Sequence record: OR062943.1
Reading direction: 5' to 3' (one strand)
Source of the DNA: Escherichia phage 241Ecol014PP
Length of the DNA: 64,000 nucleotides
The notes under the pieces: model-generated
Seen by the model: the letters and a program-made list of their open reading frames with translations, nothing else
What the model was told of the DNA's origin: nothing
The model's database searches: none
Shown here: positions 40,217-46,944 of the stretch, one piece after another
Position numbering within the stretch: the stretch's first letter is position 1
Layout: the number at the start of each line of letters is the position of its first letter
Made by a program: the position numbers and the translations under genes

Positions 40217-40627
40217 ATGTCTAAAATGCTATATATCGTGCGTGGTCTACCAGGGTCTGGCAAATCAACACTGGCAAATGCGCTATCTTTAGAGGGTCTG
40301 TATCCACATTTTGAGAACGACATGTTCTGGTATGACGATGACGGCAATTACAACTGGGATGCAAGTAAAGTAACACTCGCAGCGAAATGGTGCAAAGATA
40401 ACGTAGAAGATATGATGCGTATGGGATACGACCGTATCGTGGTAAGTAATACGTTTACAAAAGAAAAACATGTGCAGGAATATGTTGACATGGCAATCAG
40501 TCATGGGTATAGTTATACCGTGATCGTGGTTGAAAACCGCCACGGTAATAAAAGCATTCATGATGTTCCAGACAAGGTTGTGGATCGTATGGAACGCCAG
40601 CTTAAAAACTGCATTAAACTTAAATGA
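40217..40627 (+). CDS. pnk: polynucleotide 5'-kinase (P-loop)
   Basis: LYIVRGLPGSGKSTLA Walker A; start trimmed to ATG after GGAGGG. Confidence 0.7.
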   Translation: MSKMLYIVRGLPGSGKSTLANALSLEGLYPHFENDMFWYDDDGNYNWDASKVTLAAKWCKDNVEDMMRMGYDRIVVSNTFTKEKHVQEYVDMAISHGYSYTVIVVENRHGNKSIHDVPDKVVDRMERQLKNCIKLK

Positions 40628-40634
40628 GGAATGT

Positions 40635-41189
40635 ATGAAATACTTTGTAACAAGCGACACACACTTTCTCCACCAGCGGGTCATGGAGTTTGATTCATGT
40701 CAAAAACACAGATCTCAGTATGATCACAATCTTGACAGTATGAATGCGGGAATCATCGCCGAATGGAACTCTGTTGTGTCACCTGCAGACACTGTGTTCC
40801 ACTTGGGAGATATTGCGTGCACTAATGATAAGAATATCAACAACTTACTTCCAGATATTCTAAATATGTTGAACGGACATATTATTCTTGTTCGTGGCAA
40901 CCATGACACAAGGACGACTGTCAGAATTATGAAAGAGTTCGGTCATGAGGTTGTAGATTATTACGAGCTTCGCCACAACAAGAATTTGATCTGTATGAGC
41001 CATTACCAGTTTGCAAAGTGGAACAGAAAGCCTCACGGATCAGTCCAACTGTTCGGTCATGCTCACGGAACCACACAACAGTTGTTTGGCAGACAGTTTG
41101 ATGTCGGTTGGGATGTGTGGGGGAGACTCTTACCATTAGAAGAGGCATACCGTATTGCAATGAGTTTTGCTATTGACAGCGGGGAGTAA
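40635..41189 (+). CDS. calcineurin-like metallophosphoesterase
   Basis: SDTHF, GDI, GNHD metallophosphatase motifs; start trimmed to ATG after GAGGAA. Confidence 0.7.
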   Translation: MKYFVTSDTHFLHQRVMEFDSCQKHRSQYDHNLDSMNAGIIAEWNSVVSPADTVFHLGDIACTNDKNINNLLPDILNMLNGHIILVRGNHDTRTTVRIMKEFGHEVVDYYELRHNKNLICMSHYQFAKWNRKPHGSVQLFGHAHGTTQQLFGRQFDVGWDVWGRLLPLEEAYRIAMSFAIDSGE

Positions 41190-41236
41190 TCCCTGCTATT
41201 TTAAAGAAAATTGCCACACAAGGAGAATCAGGAGAT

Positions 41237-41587
41237 ATGAAAGATGGGGATAAGCTGCTATATCTTAAAGTCCCCCTTGAAATACTATCTATGTCAAAAG
41301 TTTTGAATGACACAACTGGGGAGGTTGTTGTTCTTGACTTGTATGACAAGATCGTATACTGCTACCTGCACAACTGGTATAAGCTTGGAGGAAGTTCACG
41401 CTTCACACCCAGCACAAGGAAAATTGCAGCAGATGTTGGAATAAAGAAAACAAAAGCAGCAGCGTGCGTTAAAACTTTAGAATGTGCGGGAGTGGTTGAA
41501 ATATCCACACAAGGGAGAGGTAAAAGATGCACATTTTCCAAAGTTTTGCCACCAGAAGAAGTTATTCGAATGTCAACAACTGGTTAG
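41237..41587 (+). CDS. putative DNA-binding (HTH) protein, candidate origin/iteron-binding protein
   Basis: Small basic ORF immediately upstream of iteron array. Confidence 0.45.
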   Translation: MKDGDKLLYLKVPLEILSMSKVLNDTTGEVVVLDLYDKIVYCYLHNWYKLGGSSRFTPSTRKIAADVGIKKTKAAACVKTLECAGVVEISTQGRGKRCTFSKVLPPEEVIRMSTTG

Positions 41588-41661
41588 ACCAGTAAAAACT
41601 TAAATATCTGTACTATAAGGATTCGTATGTTTTATGTTCGCTCTGGAACAGAGGTTAGTAA

Positions 41662-41745
41662 CTGTCCGTGATACGGACACTACTGTCCGTCACGCGGACA
41701 CATCTGTCCGTAATACGGACACTAACTGTCCGTGATACGGACACA
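41662..41745. repeat. Four tandem palindromic iterons TGTCCGT-NNNN-ACGGACA at 21-22 bp spacing (cores 41663-41679, 41684-41700, 41705-41721, 41727-41743)
   Basis: Direct reading; each unit is an inverted repeat. Confidence 0.85.
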
Positions 41746-41880
41746 TAAAGAATATAACTAAAATAACTAAATAATAAAAAACAAAAGATCTAGTACTTAT
41801 GGTACTAAGTACATATACTTAACTTATGTAGAATATATTAGATCCTAAGTACTATGTTTTAAATTTATTACTTACTATGG
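41746..41880. promoter_or_regulatory. AT-rich tract with AGTACTTA/TAAGTACT inverted repeats; candidate DNA-unwinding element
   Basis: Direct reading; sits between iterons and GC-rich island. Confidence 0.5.
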
Positions 41881-42140
41881 GTAGTGTCGGCCCTTCATTG
41901 GCACTCGCCTACGAGGGGCGAGATGCCGGGCCTCCCTGGTGCACACAATAACAGAAGTGCATACATGCAGGTCTGTTAACATGTGTGGGAGCGAAGCGAT
42001 AGCGCAGGCCAAAGTCCGAGCACTGATGTGGACCACCGACGAAAGCTTGCCAGCGCCGGAAGGAGTCGGTTGAGAGTCTCCCGCGCGAGCTTGGATGAAG
42101 TTTATGTGTGGAAACGGACAAGAAGGCCCCTAAATCGCTC
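41881..42140. ncRNA. GC-rich non-coding island with multiple stem-loops; candidate structured RNA or origin-associated element
   Basis: Local GC far above flanks; hairpin CTCGCC-tacgag-GGCGAG at 41905-41922; AAGCTTGC (42044-51) / GCGAGCTT (42086-93) long-range complement. Confidence 0.35.
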
Positions 42141-42247
42141 CACAGCTATATAAACTATATCAGGTAAGGCAATCGCACCAGTTTGATAGAAAAGCTCGTT
42201 ACAAAGCGATACAGTGAGTTTTTCTATAACTTGAAGAGGAGGCAGCT

Positions 42248-42826
42248 ATGAGTCCACGCAAAGATGACCGTGAAAAGATTGCAAAACGTTATCAGAATGA
42301 AGAACAGATGGAGAAAACTTTCAAGTGGAAGCCAGGTTTCCAGCGTAATCATTCTAACGCTCGTGATCGTAAGCATCCGGATAAGTGGTTAACACCGCCA
42401 AATGATGGCATTCAGGTTGGTGATGAGAAGGAGCTGTCACCAGGAAAAGATGGCAACTACATTCGCACTAAGGAAGCAGGTCCAAAGGATGACAGCTATC
42501 TTGTAGATAAGGTTCTTGACGGTATTGATGCAGGTGTTGACACTATGCGAAACCTTTTTCTTGGTTGGTATCGTACAGGGTTTTTCGACATCAAGGCTAT
42601 TCGTCGTGTTTGTGATATTAAAAAGTCTGCCTATGATGATGACTCTCTACATCGCACTCTGAGACAATACTCAGAGAGATACGGTCATCCAGTTATCACT
42701 CTTGACGATATTAACGAAGTGATGTATCATGCAGAGGTTGTTGCAGGTAGATTCGGTGATGCATATCTCGGTATTCTTTCTGCAAAAGATGAGGTAATGT
42801 TAAATAAAATTTACTATGAACGCTGA
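42248..42826 (+). CDS. hypothetical protein
   Basis: ORF track; RBS GAGGAGG upstream. Confidence 0.5.
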   Translation: MSPRKDDREKIAKRYQNEEQMEKTFKWKPGFQRNHSNARDRKHPDKWLTPPNDGIQVGDEKELSPGKDGNYIRTKEAGPKDDSYLVDKVLDGIDAGVDTMRNLFLGWYRTGFFDIKAIRRVCDIKKSAYDDDSLHRTLRQYSERYGHPVITLDDINEVMYHAEVVAGRFGDAYLGILSAKDEVMLNKIYYER

Positions 42827-42836
42827 GGAGCGCTTA

Positions 42837-43025
42837 ATGAACAATCCGGTAGCAAAGAACTGTAATAAGTTCAACAAGTCTGCAATTCACACTGACAGGA
42901 AAAAGAGCTGGTCTCCTGACATTGACGAGGAGCTTGAGAGTTACTTTGAAGACCTGGTCACTAATGCAGATGAGGTTGCGATTAAAGAATACGCAGACAG
43001 GAAGGATAAGGCCGGAATCTGTTGA
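42837..43025 (+). CDS. hypothetical small protein
   Basis: Start trimmed to ATG after GAGGAG. Confidence 0.4.
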   Translation: MNNPVAKNCNKFNKSAIHTDRKKSWSPDIDEELESYFEDLVTNADEVAIKEYADRKDKAGIC

Positions 43026-43101
43026 CAAAAATAGTGTTACCTGATAAGATCTGCAATATGATGTGATACAATTTTAACTTACGAGGTCTACAGGTAATGC
43101 T

Positions 43102-43344
43102 ATGTTTAAGGTTAAGCTCGTTTTTCGTTCCATGAATGAGGATTATTTAGAAGATGAAGGTGAATTTCGTGCACTGGATGATGCAATAGATTTTGCCAAC
43201 GACTTAGCTTGTATGAATACAGGTTATGGGCTATGCTGTTGGGATGGTGGTGTTCAGATCGGTGATAGCAAGATCTTCTACTTCTACCCTGAGCCTGATA
43301 ACAAACAAATTAAGTATGTTTTATTTATTTGTGCTTTACAATGA
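43102..43344 (+). CDS. hypothetical small protein
   Basis: ORF track. Confidence 0.4.
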   Translation: MFKVKLVFRSMNEDYLEDEGEFRALDDAIDFANDLACMNTGYGLCCWDGGVQIGDSKIFYFYPEPDNKQIKYVLFICALQ

Positions 43345-43633
43345 GGTTGTTTTCGTGTATCATGATGAATATCCAATTTAAAGATGAATTTGATGGCTTT
43401 ATCTCCGGATGCTTTGAAACAGGGTTCGGAGAAGACTGAGTTCCCCTTAGAGGGCTTGATAGTGCACCACACTTAAAATGGTAGGGGCAGCCAGCACATG
43501 ACGATGTGACCCCAGCCAACCTGTAACAAGGTCGAGCCGAAGCGCGGGTAATAGGCCTCTGGTAACCCACTTGTTGGGTCTTGCTGGTCCAGGACGCTGG
43601 ACAAGTCGCAGGGAATACCACCCTGCGGCGAAC

Positions 43634-43662
43634 TTGACAATCAGTATTTGCTATGATAAAAT
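43634..43662 (+). promoter_or_regulatory. sigma70-like promoter TTGACA-17-TAAAAT (TGn extended -10), followed by palindrome TATCACGTGATA (43668-43679)
   Basis: Direct reading. Confidence 0.55.
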
Positions 43663-43690
43663 CCACCTATCACGTGATAATGGAGGAAAC

Positions 43691-44029
43691 ATGGCGGATA
43701 CAACTAAAAAGCGTCGCCGTAGAGGCAGACCTCTGAAAGAGGAGTCCAACGCCATTCAGCTAGAGAAGAACATCCTTGATATGAAGGAATCTTTTATAGC
43801 GATGGTTCCAGAAGCTCACAAAGTTTTAAGAGAGCTGATGTTGGACCCGAAAACCAAACAAAATATTCGTCAAAGCATTGCAGAGTATGTTCTTGATAAG
43901 GCAGACCGAATGCAGGAAGAATATGATGAGATGTTTGGTGAAGAGGAAGAGGTGGTAGTAGAAGAGGCTGAAAAACCAGCACCTTTTATGCCATTTACTA
44001 CAGAAATACAGCCTGTTAGCAATAGCTAA
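43691..44029 (+). CDS. small DNA-binding protein; possible terminase small subunit (tentative)
   Basis: Basic N-terminus KKRRRRGRPLK; start trimmed to ATG after GGAGGAAAC. Confidence 0.4.
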   Translation: MADTTKKRRRRGRPLKEESNAIQLEKNILDMKESFIAMVPEAHKVLRELMLDPKTKQNIRQSIAEYVLDKADRMQEEYDEMFGEEEEVVVEEAEKPAPFMPFTTEIQPVSNS

Positions 44030-44038
44030 AATATTTTC

Positions 44039-44067
44039 TTGACAAACTTTGCTTAACAGTGTAATAT
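44039..44067 (+). promoter_or_regulatory. sigma70-like promoter TTGACA-17-TAATAT upstream of tRNA cluster
   Basis: Direct reading. Confidence 0.5.
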
Positions 44068-44125
44068 TGTAAACATGGTCTCCCACCTTTTCTGGCGGCT
44101 AAGGTGTAAAAGAAAGCCACCCAGT

Positions 44126-44200
44126 GCCCTGTTAGCTTAGTGGATAAAGCAGCGGCCTTCTAAGCCGTTGACACTGGTTCGAGTCCAGTACGGGGTGCCA
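44126..44200 (+). tRNA. tRNA-Arg (anticodon TCT), CCA encoded
   Basis: Manual cloverleaf: acceptor GCCCTGT/ACGGGGT (two G-U), D GCTT/AAGC, anticodon loop CTTCTAA. Confidence 0.75.
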
Positions 44201-44330
44201 AGTTCTTTTTAATGTAGCTTACTTTAGCAGAGTAAATCTTCGGCAAGTGGCGGTAACCACTTTACCGATACCTCATAGTTAGTGGTGAGAACACTAGCTA
44301 TTTTAAAAAGAATTTAAATATTAGTATTTA

Positions 44331-44418
44331 GGTGAGTTAATTCCGTAGGGGTAGCGGGGCAGACTGTAAATCTGTTATCATTGCGATTCGGGTGGTTCGA
44401 CTCCATCACTCACCACCA
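44331..44418 (+). tRNA. tRNA-Tyr (anticodon GTA), class II, CCA encoded
   Basis: Acceptor GGTGAGT/ACTCACC; anticodon arm GCAGA-CTGTAAA-TCTGT as in recalled E. coli tRNA-Tyr. Confidence 0.8.
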
Positions 44419-44532
44419 AATTTATATTTTTAAATGCATAAATCATACAGATAATGGCATTGATATTTATCGTCGTTTATACTAGTCACTAACTGCTCGA
44501 AAATCAGTGTCATTATCAGTATTGTTTATAAA

Positions 44533-44623
44533 AGAGGGTAGGGAGCAATGGTGCTCAAGCGGTCTTGAAAACCGTCCCGTTGAGGATGACTCGATGATGG
44601 TTCGATTCCATTATCCTCTGCCA
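44533..44623 (+). tRNA. tRNA-Ser (anticodon TGA), class II, CCA encoded
   Basis: Acceptor AGAGGGT/ATCCTCT; anticodon loop CTTGAAA; long variable arm. Confidence 0.7.
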
Positions 44624-44721
44624 TATTGTTGACCTTGTAATTAAGCGAAAGCCGGAAGCAGAACCGGATTATCAAATGTTACAGTCGTCATCGCCGACTA
44701 GCAACATGGTCAACATACTGA

Positions 44722-44820
44722 GCTAGGTAAGCCCTTTGGCAAGGGCGAGGATTTTTAATCCTGAAAATAGACGAGGTAGTCGTTGAATACATAGGTGGTT
44801 CGATTCCACCGCCTAGCACC
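44722..44820 (+). tRNA. atypical ~97-nt tRNA-like element; anticodon unassigned (possibly TTT)
   Basis: Perfect acceptor GCTAGGT/GCCTAGC and T-arm GGTGG-TTCGATT-CCACC, but 65 nt between acceptor and T-arm. Confidence 0.4.
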
Positions 44821-44825
44821 TTTTT

Positions 44826-44901
44826 GCTGATGTAGCACAATTGGTAGTGCAATTGATTTGTAATCAATAGGTTGCAGGTTCAAGTCCTGCCATCAGCACC
44901 A
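44826..44901 (+). tRNA. tRNA-Thr (anticodon TGT), CCA encoded
   Basis: Full canonical 76-nt cloverleaf; anticodon loop TTTGTAA. Confidence 0.85.
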
Positions 44902-44902
44902 T

Positions 44903-44977
44903 GGCCCTGTAGCTGGAAGGTTCAAGCAAGCGACTCATAATCGCCAGACGGTGGTTCAATTCCACCCAGGGCCACCA
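44903..44977 (+). tRNA. tRNA-Met or tRNA-Ile2 (anticodon CAT), elongator type, CCA encoded
   Basis: Acceptor GGCCCTG/CAGGGCC paired at 1-72; anticodon loop CTCATAA. Confidence 0.8.
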
Positions 44978-44988
44978 AATAATAAATA

Positions 44989-45411
44989 CTCCGCGTAGCT
45001 CAGCTTGGTAGAGATAATCAAAGATGCACAAATGCAGTCGTTGTGGGGAAGAAGATCCATGTAAATTTTATGGTCATAAAAAGACTATATGTGGGAAATG
45101 TCACAATGAGTACACCATGAATCTTGGGAGGCAGAAACGACAGTATGCTGTAGACAAGTTAGGCGGTAAATGTATCAATTGTGGGTTCGATAAATGGATT
45201 GTTTCTTTAGATATTCACCATTTAGACCCTAAAATTAAAGACTCTAAATTTGCTCAAATGAGAGGTTGGAGTCTGCAAAGAATTGATAATGAAATTAAAA
45301 ACTGTGTATTACTTTGTAGAAATTGTCATGCTGCCGTACATGCAGGACTTTTAGAACTACCATAACTTTGGGATCAGGAGGTCGAGTGTTCGAATCACTC
45401 CGTGGAGACCA
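44989..45411 (+). tRNA. class II tRNA gene interrupted in the anticodon loop by an HNH endonuclease ORF (halves 44989-45027 and 45363-45411; anticodon GCT/Ser if loop is AUGC+UAA)
   Basis: 5' half CTCCGCG-TA-GCTCAGCTTGGTAGAG..CAAAG; 3' half CTTTG-GGATCAGGAGGTC-GAGTGTTCGAATCACTC-CGTGGAG-A-CCA; acceptor 7/7, anticodon stem 5/5. Confidence 0.5.
45024..45365 (+). CDS. HNH endonuclease located inside the split tRNA gene
   Basis: CINCG...LDIHHLDP...N...LLCRNCHAAVH; ATG at 45024 directly after anticodon-stem strand, TAA at 45363-45365 directly before its complement. Confidence 0.75.
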   Translation: MHKCSRCGEEDPCKFYGHKKTICGKCHNEYTMNLGRQKRQYAVDKLGGKCINCGFDKWIVSLDIHHLDPKIKDSKFAQMRGWSLQRIDNEIKNCVLLCRNCHAAVHAGLLELP

Positions 45412-45457
45412 CTTTCAGTTATACTTTAAACATATACAAACAAAAGGAACCTTTAAA

Positions 45458-45727
45458 ATGTATACACTTAAAATTGTAGAGCGTGTAAATCCAACCCATA
45501 CCGTAGATTTTCGTGACGATTTCAATCCTCTGGCTGTAAATCTTCGAGAGTCATATCATGAACTCAGCTGCGATGCAGTGGTGGTCTTTTTTGAAGACAA
45601 CTCTGAAGGGGCGGTAGCTTGTGTTGTTGATAGTGAGCAGAAGTTTTATATTTACAGAGATGTAGATGCATACTTGATGAATGAAAATGCAGTTACTGTT
45701 AGAATCATCCACCGAGTGCCTCGATAA
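45458..45727 (+). CDS. hypothetical protein
   Basis: Start trimmed to ATG after AAAAGGAAC; ORF track start at 45323 overlaps tRNA half. Confidence 0.45.
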   Translation: MYTLKIVERVNPTHTVDFRDDFNPLAVNLRESYHELSCDAVVVFFEDNSEGAVACVVDSEQKFYIYRDVDAYLMNENAVTVRIIHRVPR

Positions 45728-45783
45728 GTATTAGTCTCCTTTTAGTTAGTTTCGATCTATTTAGGTTACTCAATTTTAACCCG

Positions 45784-45816
45784 CCCCGTTAGCTGTATAG
45801 CTGCGGGGTTTTTTTC
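45784..45816 (+). terminator. rho-independent terminator (CCCCG...CGGGG stem, T7 run)
   Basis: Direct reading. Confidence 0.65.
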
Positions 45817-45833
45817 GTTTCTGGAGCCTTAAA

Positions 45834-46232
45834 ATGATTTCAGTTTTAACATGGCTGAGCAGGTATAGAGGGATCATAAAAGGTTTAGTTTTTGCAGCTG
45901 CGATAGGTACAGCTTATCTTGGGGCCGTGTATTGGTTTAACTCTAAGCTTAATGATGCCTACCAAGAAGGTGTGTCAGCAACAGAGTTAAAGTGGGAACG
46001 GATCCTTGATCAGCAACAAAAGCAGGCCGACAAAATTAAAATGGGCCACGCAGAGGAGGTTAAAAACCTTGAAAAATCCCTTTCTGACCTGCAGGATAAA
46101 TTAAATATGGCTGAGAAGGCAGGTAAAGAAAAGCAGATTATTTACCTCCAATCACCTGAGGGTAAGAAGTCAACACTCCCTGATCAGCTTATAGATATTT
46201 ATAATGAGAGTATTAATCAGGAGGGTCGATGA
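45834..46232 (+). CDS. i-spanin-like protein (N-terminal TM, coiled coil)
   Basis: GLVFAAAIGTAYLGAVYWF TM then charged coiled-coil region. Confidence 0.55.
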   Translation: MISVLTWLSRYRGIIKGLVFAAAIGTAYLGAVYWFNSKLNDAYQEGVSATELKWERILDQQQKQADKIKMGHAEEVKNLEKSLSDLQDKLNMAEKAGKEKQIIYLQSPEGKKSTLPDQLIDIYNESINQEGR

Positions 46233-46516
46233 GAGTTGCTGCACTGTTTATTGTGTGCTTGTTATTGTGTGGGTGTGCAACCAGCGTTGAGAGAGAATAC
46301 AAGATTGACCCTCCAGATGTAGGAAGGTTGATTGTTAAACCCCCGGAAGGTGCCATGAAACCACCTGCTAAAGCTATACCTTTAAAGAAAGGTGCGCCAG
46401 ATGCGGTGAATTCTGGCATTATGAGGGATAATAATCTGTCTTGTAGCAATGATAGAGCTAAATTGATCATTTTGCAAGACTATATTAGAACACTGTTTCC
46501 AAAGGAGAGAGGTTAA
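46229..46516 (+). CDS. o-spanin-like outer-membrane lipoprotein (proline-rich)
   Basis: Signal peptide with LLCGC lipobox-like Cys; KPPEGAMKPPAKAIP. Confidence 0.55.
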   Translation: MRVAALFIVCLLLCGCATSVEREYKIDPPDVGRLIVKPPEGAMKPPAKAIPLKKGAPDAVNSGIMRDNNLSCSNDRAKLIILQDYIRTLFPKERG

Positions 46517-46944
46517 TGTCTAAGATTTACGGACCGTGTTCTGAAAAGCAGAAGATGATCCTAGAAAACGATGCAGATATTTTGGTAATCGGCGGTGCCG
46601 CAGGGTCTGGCAAGTCGTTCCTCTTGCAGTTGATGCCACTTAAAATTATTGATGACCCCCACAGCTCTGTGGTTATGTTCCGAAGAACAACCCCACAGTT
46701 GGAAGGTGAGGGTGGACTATGGCCTAAAGCAGTAGCTATTTATAGTGATCTGCCTGAAAACATTAAGCCAAAGTTCAGAGAGAAGGATCATAAGTTCATT
46801 TTCCCACGATTTGATCCGAGAACTGGCAAGTGGGATAGAAGCAAAAAGGGAGCTGTTGTAAAATACTGCCACATGGAGTATGTACAAGATAAGCTTAACC
46901 ATCAAGGGCTTGAGTACACCATGGTTTGCTTCGATGAGGGTTAA
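46516..46944 (+). CDS. terL: terminase large subunit, exon 1 (ATPase: Walker A and B)
   Basis: Walker A GGAAGSGKS; ends right after Walker B VCFDEG. Confidence 0.8.
   Translation: MSKIYGPCSEKQKMILENDADILVIGGAAGSGKSFLLQLMPLKIIDDPHSSVVMFRRTTPQLEGEGGLWPKAVAIYSDLPENIKPKFREKDHKFIFPRFDPRTGKWDRSKKGAVVKYCHMEYVQDKLNHQGLEYTMVCFDEG

Noticed and set aside
40160-41189. ORF-track starts at 40160 and 40530 for the kinase and phosphatase genes
   Set aside because: Upstream extensions lack an RBS and overlap the neighbouring gene; internal ATGs at 40217 and 40635 have GGAGGG and GAGGAA Shine-Dalgarno sequences. Similar trimming was applied at 43691, 45458, 50673, 53616, 54521, 55195 and 61971
41662-41745. 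Possible CRISPR array (regularly spaced repeats)
   Set aside because: The repeat units are themselves palindromes separated by only 4-5 bp with no unique spacers; iterons or operators fit better
41909-42121. 70-aa minus-strand ORF inside the GC-rich island
   Set aside because: Translation is low-complexity (Pro/Arg/Gly-rich) as expected from GC-rich non-coding sequence; no RBS or start context
43325-43666. 113-aa minus-strand ORF across the second GC-rich segment
   Set aside because: Opposite to all neighbouring genes, overlaps a strong plus-strand promoter, composition typical of GC-rich non-coding translation
45024-45365. Interpreting the tRNA insert as a standard group I intron
   Set aside because: Not asserted: no convincing P/Q/R/S set found, the insert is almost exactly the ORF, and no U/G splice-site pattern fits; left unresolved rather than called an intron
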